From the NCBI GenBank assembly GCA_009602725.1, contig WELB01000018.1:737831-801830 (forward strand): a stretch of DNA of 64,000 bases, given 5' to 3'. Positions within the stretch are counted from its first letter, which is position 1; the number at the start of each line of letters is the position of its first letter. A program made the translations under genes and the position numbers. Below are positions 44,965 to 57,666 of the stretch, in pieces. The DNA comes from Spirogloea muscicola (lineage: Eukaryota). The notes under the pieces were generated by a model, which was not told the origin of the DNA, made no database searches, and saw only the letters and a program-made list of their open reading frames with translations.

Positions 44965-45775
44965 GGCCGGGCTGGCCTCTCACATCCATTGCCTTACTTC
45001 GGAAGAGCTGTCTCTTCTTTGCTATTTTCTCTTCGTCACCCTGTTACCTTAGGCATCTTAGTATAGGGCTCCGTATAATGTAGCCTAGACTCTGCCTGAA
45101 CAATGTATTGGCTTGAATTAGCCTCCCTTTCATTTCATGCGCTCCGCGCGCCTTCTCTCTTCTGGAGGAGCTGCTCCTTTCTTCGTTTCCCACTCTCTCC
45201 CCCCCCCCCCCAATTCCTCCCCTTTCTTTACTTTCCTCCCTCTCCTATCCCATTTCCTGGCTGGCCTCCCAGAAGAAGGCTCGCCCATAGAGAAAGAGGG
45301 GCTGGCAAAGCCAGCCCAAAAAGAATGGACAATGTCCAAAGCCGATGAATGAGATGCCGAGGAAGGACTCCTCAACTCGACCAATCACGACAACATACTA
45401 GGGAAGCTCAGTACCCGCGAGTGAGCAACATCAGGTCCCAGAGGCGTCGCCCCTTCTGGACGGGCATCTTTCTGCTCCCTACTCTCTCTTGATTATGTTC
45501 CTCTTTCCTTGTCCACTATTATTGGGCTGGCCTTTCACTTGAGGTTGAGCATCCTTCGTGGTACTTACTTGGTTGTTGTTAACACGCTCTTCTGCCCCCT
45601 TCGAATATTTTCCATTCTTTTCGGGCTAGCTTTCACAGCCCTCGCCCCTTCAAAAGAGCTTACTTCGACAGCCGTGGCCTCCTTTTGAGAGAGAGCTGCT
45701 TCTTCGTCTTTTGGGAAGACCATTCTTTTTCTCAAACTCTCTTTGGCCTTCGTTTGTTTCAAATACACGAAAATC
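44965..45775. mobile_element. nest of retroelement tail remnants in both orientations
   Basis: Type-B tail at 45035-45160. Complete minus tail DLMLLTRGY* (stop 45408) to GGGCGAGCCTTCTTC (45272) with hairpin GGGCTGGC-AAA-GCCAGCCC. Hairpin variants near 44969, 45524 and 45623. 45743-45770 repeats 28021-28048. Confidence 0.7.
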
Positions 45776-46319
45776 TTTGTATGGAAGTCGCCCCCTGCCC
45801 GCCATTACTTCGAGCGGCCTAGCACAGTGGCTAGGACATCTACAAATGGTTGCCGCCTGCTACTATCGACCCGCGTGGTTAGTTGCTGGTCGGCATGTAA
45901 GTATCACTGACTGATGCCTAGATACTGGACGCCAGGTTGCAAGCCCATCTGCTCCCAAGTAGAGCTCGTCCAGCTTTCAGGTGCAGAGTATGGACCTGAG
46001 CTCGAGGTAGACAGGCTGACTATGCGGCAGCGCAAGAACGACAGAAAGGGGCGAGGAGAGAAGAGAAGGACTCTTTCAGTAAGGGCGATGGCTGTCTTGG
46101 TTCACGGTGCTCATGGATAGAGCAAGAGCTCAAGCGGAGCTAATACACTATCATGCAAAAAGCAGTGAGAGTGCAAGCTATGGGGCTACACATGGCGAAG
46201 CTGTGGTCTAAGGCAGGAGGGGCTGAATAAGGCGAAGGAAGAGGCAGGAAGGACGCGGTGGGGCAGGGGTTTCGGCCGAGCGGCCCTCAAGAGGCTCTCT
46301 GATGGCGGGCCAAGAGCAG

Positions 46320-46712
46320 AAAAAGAAGAAAGAAAGGGCTCGCCCATTGAGGATAGGGGCTGGACAAGCCAGCCCAAAAAAGAATGAACAAAGAACGAGA
46401 AGGGGGCCAGAGGAAGCCAGAGGAAGCGCTAAGAAACCAAAGCACACAAAGAAAGAAAGCAGCTACAAATCACTCAGTAACCCCTGCTAAGCAGCCGCAA
46501 ATCAGAGATAGGGTCCTGCAAGTGGGTCCCCTGGACAGAGCCAGAGGCAGCAGCGAGGGCTCGTCCGGCACGAAGGTGCAGCGCACGGGCCATGGACCTC
46601 TGCAGCGAGACGGCCAAGCGCATGCGATACACTTGCGCCAGCGACCCGGCTGCAGGAAAGTCTACCCGTTCACCATGGAAGCGACGGGCGATTGCGTGGC
46701 GGGCGAGCTGGT
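46320..46712 (-). mobile_element. CRE-like 3' fragment with full 3' UTR, same subfamily as the long copy
   Basis: QLARHAIARRFHGERVDFPAAGSLAQVYRMRLAVSLQRSMARALHLRAGRA...SDLRLLSRGY*. The UTR is near-identical to 25480-25613 and ends in a (TTTC/TTC)n tail. Confidence 0.9.
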
Positions 46713-46960
46713 AAGAGCGCCAGCTGCTGATGGCGCCTGCGAAACTGCGGAGAGCTGCCCTGCACAGACAGAAGCAAGCGAAGGCGCGAAACCCTAAACC
46801 AAGCCAACACACTGTGGATGCGTCAATAGCGAGTGGCCACTGGCAGGAAAGTAATGGGCTGCGGCTCCCATCCTCCACTTGTATCGCTAGTACGGGCTGG
46901 CACAGCGGGAAGGCGTCATTACTTCTGTCCATTTCTCAATTTCGAGCTGGCCTTTCTCAA

Positions 46961-47001
46961 ACTAAACCCTAAATCCAAAATCCTGAACCCTAAACCCTGA
47001 A
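46961..47001 (+). repeat. degenerate interstitial plant-type telomeric repeats (CCCTAAA)
   Basis: CTAAA CCCTAAA TCCAAAA TCCTGAA CCCTAAA CCCTGAA in 7-bp register. Confidence 0.55.
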
Positions 47002-47024
47002 CAGACTAAACAAGGCTAAATATA

Positions 47025-47480
47025 CCTAAAGTAAGGTGCCTAAGGTGACATCAATACCCACGGGTGAGCACAAACAAATTCTGACAAGCTAACTTGGGGA
47101 GCTGGAGCGCCGCCACGAAAGCCGGAGGCCTGACTTAGAGCGCGCCCTGCACGATGATGAAGAGCCAATGCTTGCGAGCGTGGAGGGAGACTGACAAATC
47201 ATGCGATAGACCTGGGCCCACGAGCCAGCGGCACTGAAGTCAGCCGGCTCACCTCGCCTGCGGGACACGGCGCGCCGCGCAAGCCTGGCCAGGTAGGTCG
47301 AGCCACTGGGACCCGAAAGCCGCGTGCACATCCACGGCCAGGGGTACGATCTCGTCCTCAGCCGGGTGGTCTGCGCATTTGGCCGCCTTGCAGCGAGCGG
47401 CTGTCGCCGCTGCATCGCCAGCCCTCGAGGCAGAAAGCCCCGGAATGGCGCGATCCACCACATCGGTAGTGACCACATTC
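47025..47480 (-). pseudogene. old frameshifted CRE-like endonuclease fragment (third subfamily)
   Basis: VVTTDVVDR...KAAKCADHPAEDEIVPLAVDVHAAFGSQWL, then in another frame LARRAVSRRRGEPADFSAAGSWAQVYRM, ending FVLTRGY* at 47051. Confidence 0.8.
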
Positions 47481-47483
47481 TGG

Positions 47484-47759
47484 GCTGGGAGAGGCCAGCC
47501 CCCTTTTTGAATGAACAAAGTTCGCACTCACAAGCCGAGAAGGCGAGCTGACACCAGGCATTCACAGCCATTGCCCCATTGTGAACGAGGAGCTTTCATT
47601 CCCGGAAAATTGCTTCGTCGCGTGGCTCCCTTTTGAGCCCCAAGTAAGAAGAAAGACGGTCTCAGTAGTAGCGGGCGGTGGCTGGGAGAGGCCAGCCCAA
47701 AAAGAAGAATGAACAAAGTTCGCACTGACAAGCCGAGAAGGCGGGCTGACACCAGGCAT
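47484..47759. repeat. ~78-bp direct repeat pair containing the hairpin tail motif
   Basis: GCTGGGAGAGGCCAGCCC...GAATGAACAAAGTTCGCACTSACAAGCCGAGAAGGCGRGCTGACACCAGGCAT at 47484-47561 and 47681-47759. Confidence 0.8.
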
Positions 47760-48670
47760 CGTCGTCGTAGGTGGGGGGGGCGGCGTGGGCTGCCCCCGGC
47801 CCCCCAGGCCACAGGGGCGGAGCGGCAGCCCATTTGGGCGCCCCGACCGGCACTGTCGAAGCAAGGTTGGCAGCGGCGGCGGCCGGCAGACGTGGCGCCG
47901 GCTCCCCAGCGTGACGGTGACGTACTTCGTCGGGGCTCGTCAGTTGGCGGCGGCGTGCCGTCTGCAGTGGCCCAGGCGCTTCGCCCAATGGGGAGACGAG
48001 AAGAGTCCCCGTCTGTGGGCAGCCCCCCTGCGCCGGCGGTTCAATCGTCGGCAGGAATCGTCCGCCGGGCTGCCGACCAGGCCGTCCAGGCGGCGCCAGG
48101 TTGGCACGGTGGCGGGGGGTGGGGTGCCAAGATGGCCACCCCCTGCCGGACCAGCGACGGTCCGATCTGATGCCCGGTCATATTTGCCCACGGATTCGGA
48201 ATCGTCGGGCGGGGCAGCGGCCTGCTGTCGCGTAGCGCGAGCGTGCGCCGGGGCAGCCGGCGGGAGGGCGGGAGGCGCCAGGGCCCCGCCGCCCTACCCG
48301 CCGTTAGCGCCACTGACGGCGCCACTGGCCGCTCTGCCCCCCGCCTGGGCCGCTCGACGGGAGCCGTTTTCCCTGACGGGGAGCCGGATAGCGCCGCCCC
48401 CGCTACGCGACGCGGCTGCGGGGTCCGCTTTGTCGCGACGCGCGCGTGAGGAGCGTCTGGCTCCCCGAATCGTCGGGCGCGGCCATGTGCCCCCCCTGCA
48501 CGTGCTCCGCCCGGGCCCTCATGCCCATGGTGCCCTCGTCGAGTATTCTCCCTGTGGGCTTGCCCGCTCAAACCCATTGCTTCCCATTGGGATTGCCGTT
48601 TCGTCCTGACGGCGGTCGCAGCAGGCGCAGAAGCAGGTTGAGTTTAGCAGCCGCGCCATCGCCATCGCCA

Positions 48671-48705
<35 letters not shown>

Positions 48706-49092
48706 TGCGGGGCAGGCCTCAGCCGCGGGACGTCCTCGTCGCCGAGAGCGGCACGGAGAGGCCGGGGCAAGGAGGCTCGGTCGCCGTGAGCAGGCCTGCG
48801 CCAGTCGAGGCCCAGGGCCGAGCCTCGCTGCGGTGGCGGCCGCGCCTCCGGCGGCGGCAAGAGGCGCTCGTTCTGCACCCGCGGGCCGCGCGCAGCCGCG
48901 AGCAGAATCGCCGCCAGCCGCGGGCAAGCGAGCGCCAGCCAGCCTCCGCTGAGCGCCGGCGGGGAGCCGCCGAAGGTCCGGAGGTCGCAGGGGCGCAGCG
49001 GCCCTCCACAGCCGCCGTGGCTGCACCGTGAAACCGGAGGACGCGGGCCCGTCCTGACGGCCTTCTGAAGGAGTGCCTGGCTGCGAGCGGCC

Positions 49093-52000
49093 ATGGACGG
49101 CAGGGCGATGCTGCTGGCGCTGGCCTGCCTGGCCGCGCTCGCCGCCGGCGTGGCTGCGCAAGGTACGAGGTCGCTGTGACACAGGCGATGCATGGCATGC
49201 CGCATTGTCTGAAGGATGGCGGGCGAGCGTGACACGGATGCTGAAAGTGGAAGCAAATAACATACATGTAACAGCAGATTGGGTGACATGGAGGCTTTGC
49301 CAGGCCTCGACTCGATTGTGGCATAATCATGTCGTCGGCAACGTCTGAAGTCGCTGTCGAGTCGTCTCTTGTGCCGCGAGCAGACAGGGTGCTCATCAAC
49401 TGTGGTTACGGAGTTGGCCCCTACGTGGACCAGTATGGCCGGACATGGAGCAACGACAGCTCCCACTCGAACTCCACCGCCACCGGCTCCAACATGCCCC
49501 CGTACGCGATCCCCAACCAGACTAACCCTCTGGGCTCAAGCGTGTGGGAGACGTGATATCGCGTGCTCATCTGTTGTCAAATCAACTTAGTCACTTCAGT
49601 GTGTTCAGGGCTCAGTCAGTCACTGGCTGTATCAAGTCTGATGGTTCATTGCTTGGTCTGCAGGATCAAGTATGCCATCCCGGGGCCTCCAGCATTGTAC
49701 TCCAAGGCCGTGTTTGTCAGCGACCCTGCCAGCCTGGTGTACAACCTGAGAGTGCATCCCGGCCGGCACTTTGTGCGGCTGCATTTTGCAGCGTTCCCTA
49801 CCAAAGCATATCCCAATCCAACCGAGGTACGGCAGGTCATTGAGGTGTGGGAGAGGGCCTTTTGTGAGAATGACAAGAGCCACTGTTGGTGCTACCTAGG
49901 CACAGTGATGAGGGCAGGGGCAAGAGAAGGGCTTTACTGCCTTCACTCTAGGACATTTTTGTTCTGGCGCTGGTTGGACATTGTCTGCTCGCCAGTCATG
50001 CCGTAGGCCAGCTAGGGCAAGGGCTTCGCTCCGTGGCAATCTGCGGCTTCCGGCGCTTCCTGACGGGCTTCTTTGTCTCGCAGGGCTACTTCAACGTGAC
50101 TGCACAAGGCGTGCAACTCCTCTCCTCCTTCAATGTCGTCAAAGCGGCGCAGGCTCAGTTTGGAGGAGATGGCCTCTATGAGGCTGTGATGAAAGAGTTC
50201 TCGCTTGTGGTACCTTCTGATGCCAGGTAGGCTGCTCCAGTGACCAAGTATTGAAGCCTTAGAGACTAAGCTCTACACACATCTTTATGCAGGCACCACC
50301 TTACCTGGACTTGATGGACTGGTTCGACTGACTGTAGCCGCAGATATGTATGCTTGTGGTTGTGTAGTCCACTGCAGTTGCTTGCTCTTCGGAATTCTGC
50401 TGGTTCGAATATGGGCTGCCTCGCTGTGCCACCAGCTCTACATGGAGATCAGACATGAATTGCGCCATTGACACTCAGCTTCTCCTGTGGCTGCAGTTCT
50501 TTGGCCATTGCATTCATACCACAGCCCAACTCCTTCGCCCTCGTTTGTGGTATTGAGGTTCTGTCTATCAACGATGACATGTACGACTTCCATGCCGTTG
50601 ACACCTCAAATGGCAAGACATTTGTGGTCCCTGCTGGTAAGCTCCTTGGGGTGGGCACTTCGAACTTTCGCTGTTAGATTCTTCGCAATAGGTCGATTTG
50701 TGCAATCCTTGCCAGGAGCTGTGCATAGCTTACGAGGGTCTGGTTTGGTCAACCGCTTGCCAAGCTCTGGCAGGTTCTTAGTGCCAGGACTGTTTTGATA
50801 TGTTGCTTTTGCAGATACCGCTCTGGCCACTGCGGCCCGCCTGAAATGTGGTGGACCCCTTGTCACACCAGCGAACGATACAATCACCCGCACATGGTTC
50901 CAGGATGATAAATTCCTCACCAGCACGACTGGCATTGAAGTTTTCAATGAGACTGATGCTTCAGTCCAGATCCAAAACACAAATGCTAACCCTTACTTTA
51001 CACCCATTCTGGTGGCTGAAACTGATCGCGAGATCAAGAACTCGGTATGCCTGCCGCCATGGGCTCACATTTGCCAGATTAGACTTGCATGCGGTGATCC
51101 TTCTATGTTCCAGCGACGCAATGTTGAGCATGCACTTTTCACCAGCAATTCATTCACTCTGGGCCCTCTAGAGCGAGCAGCGATGGCACATCAGCATGTA
51201 GCTGTAGATGTTCACGAATGGTTCTTGTGTGCGTACCATGCAGGCGCTAGTGTCAAATCTGACCTACACCTTCACCGTCGATCCAAACTTCCTCTACTAT
51301 GTACGCTTTCACTTTTGTGAGAATGAATATTTGAATGCTGGACAGCGCATCATGGACATATACATCAACGGGCAGCTCGTTGCACCCAAGGTCAGCAATT
51401 TGCGCATTATTTGGCTTCCAAGTACATCATGTTACTTACATGTGGCTGGGTATGGCGATGATTGTCCAGCTCATCGATCTCCTGTACCACACTTTTGCAG
51501 ATTGACATTTCGGGCTCTGATGGGCCCAACACGGCCACAGTGCGGGATTTTGTCTACTCCCAGAAAACCGCTATTGTAAGAGTCTGAAGGTCATCAATCT
51601 TGCGATTGTCCACTTGCCCTGCATTGCCTTTGCAGACAGCAACATTGGACTGCAAGTTTCCTCTTCTATATTCTGTACACCAAGCTCGATATGCGCTGTG
51701 TGCATATTACATCCAACTGATCAAGGATACAAGTAATGCAAGCTGAAATGCGAAGAAGCTTTAGGGAACCATGCATCGTGACATGCATGCTTTCCTCGTT
51801 TGCATGTTGTTTTGGGGTGCAGCAATGGCTGATTACCTGCATGTCATATTTAAACAGATGGTGATAGATCTGGCACCAAGTGCTTCCTCCATTGCCAAGA
51901 GCCCCTTTGTCAACGGTATTGAGGTCCTAAAGATGGGCAGTGCCAGCTTGACGACACCCGGACCACTACAAAAGTCGTCATCCTCAGGTCTTACTGCCGC

Positions 52001-54541
52001 CCAAGTTCCTTGTAGCATCCACTACTAGCTGCTGCACTCTGCAAGCTATGGTACCAGGGCTGACTCCTTGGGCCTTTCGCTTCCAGCTCTTGTGGATCAG
52101 TTGCACTTAAATGTTATCAGTTGCTTGGCTGGTTGAGCAACTTGCTGACCTGCAGACGCAATGTCCAGGTGGAGGTGGAGGTGGCCTAAGCACTGGAGCT
52201 TTGATTGGGATCATTGTGGGATCTCTTGTGGCTTTCATGATTCTCAAGACCTGGTGCATTTGGTACATATGCTGCCGTCGCAGCAAGACCAAATTTCCTC
52301 CTGGCAAGCAGGTTGGTCACGTCAAGGACTGGTCGGGAATCCAGAACTTCAACAGCGCCAGCAATGGGACCAGCAAGGGCAGCAGTAAGCTACATTGCAT
52401 AGCCAAGCCTGGCCATTGTACCACCTCATCTGGATTGTGCTAAGGAATTTCCACCACCCTCTGTTGCAGCAAGCAGTGTCTACAAGGTGGCTGCTCTTGG
52501 CGGTATTCGTTTGGTCTTGAGCAGGAGAAAAGTCTTGTCTTCTGTCACGGAGCATGTCATGGTGGGCTTGACACTCACTGATTGTCATTGCATGTTTACA
52601 GGGGGCCAATTTAAGCCTGTTGAAGGCGAGTTTACTGGACGCGAGATTGATTTGAGCGAGCTCCTCTTGGCAACCAACGACTTTGATGAGGCGAATGTGA
52701 TTGGATACGGTGGCTTTGGCAAAGTATATCGGGTAAGCTCATGCACCTAGTATCCTGGCTGAGATTCCTTGTGGCATGCTGGGCATGTGTTAAAGACCAG
52801 GAGGCAAGCACCTACACCAGAATGTGACTGGCAGGTTGTCCAATTGGGACCTTTGCAGGGCGCTCTCATGGATGGAACCAAAGTAGCCATCAAGCGCTTA
52901 TCCCTGGAGTCTACACAGGGAATGGCCGAGTTCCACACGGAAATTGTGATGCTCTCGGCCCTTCGGCACATGCATTTGGTGTCTTTGATTGGCTACTGCG
53001 ACGATGGAGAAGAATCTGCATTGGTGTATGAGCTTATGGAGCGTGGCACCCTCCGCTCCCACCTTTATGGTAGGTCATGGTCAGATCGCAAACTTTATAA
53101 GAGTCGCACGTGTAGCGCATGCCTTTTCAACAGTGGGTCTAAGACAGGTCATGGACATGGTTGATGCATATTAATCAAGAGTCTCACGTGTGGCGCGTGC
53201 CTTTCCAACGTAGTTTTCCTGTAAAGACAGAAGGGCTCATCATCGTAGTGCCAGCCTGCACTAATAGCATGCAGCACGTAGCGACACGACAGAAATAATT
53301 CTGGTCTAATGCCTGCATCTCCTTTGACAGGACCTGAGCTGAAGCCGGCTTTGCCTTGGAGGGCACGTCTGGAGATCTGCATTGGTTCTGCTCGTGGGCT
53401 GCACTACCTCCACACGGGCGTGAAGCAGGGCATCATCCACCGCGACGTGAAGAGCACAAATATCCTTCTGGATGTCAATTACGTAGCCAAGGTGTCTGAC
53501 TTTGGCCTGTCAAAGAAGGGGCCGTCCATGGAGGCTACACATGTGAGCACAATGGTGAAGGGATCCTTTGGTTACCTCGACCCCGAGTACTTCCGCAGGT
53601 GTGAGAGCAATCAGAATGCGCAAGTCAAAAAGGCCTCAACTGTATCATCTTGCTTGGCTCTGCCATGCCATGCTCTTTCTGTCACATGGAGAAGTATAGT
53701 TTTCATCCTTTGCCTCCCCTTGACGTCAGAGGCTTCGCTACCAATTTCTCTAAGTGCTTGCAGCAATCTCTTGAGCTGCTATTGATGATGACTGGCTTGT
53801 GGCCTGCAGGCAACTTCTGACTGAGAAGTCAGACGTATACAGCTTCGGGGTTGTACTCTTGGAGGTCCTCTGCGCGCGAGCTGCTATTGACGGAACACTT
53901 CCTCACAAGGAGGCCAACATTGTTGAGTGGGTGCGTACAGCAAAATGTCAAGTCTGTAGATAATAGCTGTTGGGTTTGTGCCCGCTCATAGGCGTCCTGT
54001 TTTGCTGTGTGCTTTCTCTCTTACACAGAGTTTGACTCTTGTTTGTGAGCTGCATTGCACAGGCATGGAAGTTCTGGAAAGATGATGAGTTTGAGGAGGT
54101 CCTTGACCAGAGGATGAAAGGAACATACAGCCTGGAGTCTGTGAAGAAGGTTGCAGAGCTAGCTTTCACTTGCCTCGCGGAGTATGGGGTTGACCGTCCC
54201 ACCATGGGCGAGGCACTCTGGCACCTGGAGGGTGCTCTCACCGTGCAGGTTCTTGCGCAGACACCCCTTGCAAGCATTGGCTAACCATGTGACTTGTTAA
54301 ATTGTGAACATCGCGCAATACTGGAATGGGTGCTCCACTGTTGTGAAGACCAATGTTGTAACCATCGGTCTCTGTTTCCCTGTGGCAGGACTCTGAGATG
54401 CCGCATGTGGAACTCACAATTCATCCTTTGACAGACCTGACTGTCCCAACTTCCACGGGCGAGTCAGGAAGCAACTCGCCTGGTACTGTGGACCGCACTC
54501 GTGAAGCATTCTCGCAGCTCTTCGAGACACAGGGTCGATAA
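49093..54541 (+). CDS. CrRLK1L (FERONIA/THESEUS-family) malectin-like receptor kinase, about 16 exons
   Basis: Signal peptide [23 protein letters not shown]. Malectin-like exons [72 protein letters not shown]. Kinase [53 protein letters not shown]. Diagnostic C-terminus [10 protein letters not shown]. Confidence 0.93.
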
Positions 54542-55642
54542 GGAGTGCAGCTGCTGTAGAACCTGGGGTTCACTCTAGCCAGGATACAAATACAAGCTCT
54601 GGTCCTCGATCCACTTGGAAATACTATATGTCCGCTGGTGCCACTTACGACCACGTTGGGCCTCTTTCACGCAATTCCCAAGAGGCGTGGCCAAGTGTAC
54701 TGCTGGCGGCTCCAACTTGACGGCAGAGCCCCAGCATGGCAAGCGAGATTTGAGTATCAGGCGCACCTTCTCTGAGGTTGCTTCTCAGCCGCATACTGTA
54801 CACAAAGCTCCTTTCCCCTTCTTCCCAGCACGAGTCTCAGGTTTTAGTCGCTGCTGCACAGTGCTGCCGCCATTGATATTCCTAGTTAGATCATATTTAT
54901 GAGCTGAGGAGGCATAGCTCCGAAGATTGCTCCCTCAACTGTGCTCTGGGCTGCTCTGGCAGTCCAAAGGCTTTGAGGAGTGCATGTCCAGCTTGGTAGT
55001 GTTTCCCTCGGCGATTTTGCCGCTGTGGCTTCGAACACCTGCTATGCAGCAGGTAGCTGTCGCACCATGGGCAGGCTGAAGTTTTTGCAGCTTTGATGGA
55101 CGCTGAGAAGCTGCTCCTGCAGATGTGGTACTGTGTCCCATGTGCTTCAACAGCGGCAATTCCGCCCAGCCAACTGCGTCTTTGCAGTCGTCCTGTGTCT
55201 CTGAGGTATCATGAGCGGCATCATCAGCAGTTTGCAGGCTTGGTGGAAGCTGGAGGACTATGACAACGTGGTATTGGACCAAGCCGCACATGCACGAGTA
55301 CTGTTATCACACAGAGTCCATACGACCCCCGTCCCCATGTTAAGTGGCAACAGTACAACGTCCAGACGCTTCAAGGCATAGAGCTGCGGGAGCAAGGGAG
55401 GGCCGACTGGTGCACCGTCTCCAAGAAGGTCTCGGCTGGTCTGCCTGGATGCCGCCGCCGCCGCCCAGGGTTCTGGGATTAATCTGGCATTTAGGGTCAG
55501 GTCTTTAGGGCTCTGGATTAGGGCAGCCAGCTGGGACGACTTCCCACTGGGGAGGACGCTGGTGCCACGTGGCGCACTAAGGGAAGCCCGCCGCCGGGAG
55601 CGCGGGAGCGGCGGGGTTCGAATCTCGCCCGCCGCAAAAACC

Positions 55643-56918
55643 ATGACCGCCGCATCCGCCGCCGCATCCGCCGCCGCCGCCGCCGCTGCCGCCGCGCCGC
55701 CAGCGTTGCCCCCGGTGAGCGCCGCGGCGGAGGTGGCGGNTCGCCGCTGCCGCGGACACCGCTGCGCCGCGGCGGCGGCGACGGCGGTCGTGCCGCCGGG
55801 AGGCTGCAGAGCGAGTGCCTCCTGTTCGCCCGCGCATGACGGCGCGCGCCTGCTGGCTCTTGGCAGGCCCGCCGCCGGCGCGTCGCCGTTGGAAGAGGAC
55901 CGGCGTGCTGGCCTGGAGCCGGCGGCGGAGGACGTGAGAGCCCCCGCCTTGCAAATCAACCAGTGCCGCTCACCGACGGCCGCCACAGCCTGCCGCCGTG
56001 CCGCTCAGGCTCGGCTGCCGCACAAGAGTGCCCCTGGCACTGGAATCAAATCCTTAACACTGAAAAGACCCAAGCATCTAAGCACCTAACCTTAAACCCT
56101 GAGCCCTGAACTCACAACTCTATGGAACCATAATTGGTCATCATGGCAGCAGTCACAAGCATCTCACGATCGTCGGACATGGCGAGGATACATCTGCGAG
56201 CTTGATTCTGACCTGTGGCTCTCCGTCTCCGATGGCGGAGCGGCTGCACAGGCGCGCGGCAAGGCGTCCAGGCGGCCCCGCAACTGCACAGGTTGCTCAG
56301 TCGCGCCCCGACGCACAAATACGGCTCTGAAGCTCTGAGAAGCTCCGACGTCGTTCTGTCTGGCCTCGCTCGTTTCCGTGTCCATGCCCCGCTGCATGTG
56401 GCCAGTGAGCCTGACGTGGCTGATTAAGTCCGATGCATGTTGCTGAGCATTCTAATCTCGGTGACAATAAGAAAAGTGACTCTCTGCTTTTGGAGGACGA
56501 GAAAGTCTTATCCGCCTGGCTATGCCCACCAGCTCTACTCCAGCTTTCTCACTACAATTTTCTCAAGCAACAGTGCCTGTTCACCTGGTTCTCCCCTGCC
56601 TCACCAGCCAGTTCGGCGACACTGAAGCTCTCTGCAGAGCTGGTCCGCCTCTTCTTGGCAGGTGACAATGTTGTGATCAGGTCAGCAGGCTGGGCAAAGA
56701 CGAGCTGAGCTTAGTCTGTCCGAGCTGCCTGGAAGTAGATCAGTAGTTGGCTACAACGGCTAGTTGATAATGAGACAGCATACCGCCACTGATGTTGGCA
56801 TTTCACGTTTGCAGAGCTAGTTCAGAGGGCTGCTATTGTGGCAGAGACTGAGGGCGACAGCATCATCGAAGTTTCTCATGTGGAACGAGTGCTGCCGCAG
56901 CTCTTGCTCGACTTTTGA
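55643..56918 (+). CDS. MHF2: centromere protein X / MHF2 histone-fold protein (5' exons uncertain)
   Basis: ASSATLKLSAELVRLFLA/ELVQRAAIVAETEGDSIIEVSHVERVLPQLLLDF*; the PQLLLDF end is characteristic of CENP-X. The start is tentative because of the N at 55740. Confidence 0.88.
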
Positions 56919-57666
56919 TTCCAACACAGGACTTTGGCGCTCGTCAAGACAGGTAGACTGGTAATCAGGCCTGTGGCCCCCGCCAAGAGCAAGAAGTAGC
57001 AGGATCTCACCACGTTCTCAGTCCATACACATATCGATACACACACACACTGAGCATATAAAATGACGAGTGAAATTACAGTTGTTAATGCATCAAATAC
57101 TCAACCTTGGCTGTGACTCTCCTCAGGCACTGGGGGCACCATCTGCAACCTTTCCCACTTCTTGACGGCCCTGGAGAAGAATGATGACGCCACCAATGAA
57201 GACTGTCCTCAATACTACACCCTCCATCGGTACCATCCATACGTTCAAGGCACCAACATTGTACTAAGCCCACCTCATTGATGTAAATACAAAAGCGTCC
57301 AAATTGGACGGATAGGTTGGGCTTCAGTTACAGTCTGGCTGTGACACATGCAGACATCCAGTGATGCACGCCTATGCGATGTTTACGCCTCGTCGTGGCC
57401 ACCTGGGCCAACGCGACCAAAGCTAGGAGGCACTACTTCCAGACAGCCACAATAAGGGGTCGTCTCATGATTACCACATGGAGTATTGAGTCAGTTTCAA
57501 CGCCCATCGCTGATGGAACATTCCATTGAACGATTCCCTCACGTATTTCGTCAGACTGGTTCGCATTCCTTCACACAGCTTCCATGTGCTTTCCTCTTCA
57601 GGGTGGAATCAGAAGCACTGAGGAACCCACTCCCGACCATTTCCAAAACTCAACCAGGAATTGCAC

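Noticed and set aside
47785..49466. Long overlapping Arg/Pro/Ala-rich ORFs on both strands (also at 2530-3972, 7098-7617, 21048-22695)
   Set aside because: Expected stop-codon depletion in very GC-rich DNA or read-through of N gaps.
54935..55500. Minus-strand ORFs between CrRLK1L and MHF2
   Set aside because: No family motif; may be UTR or promoter sequence.
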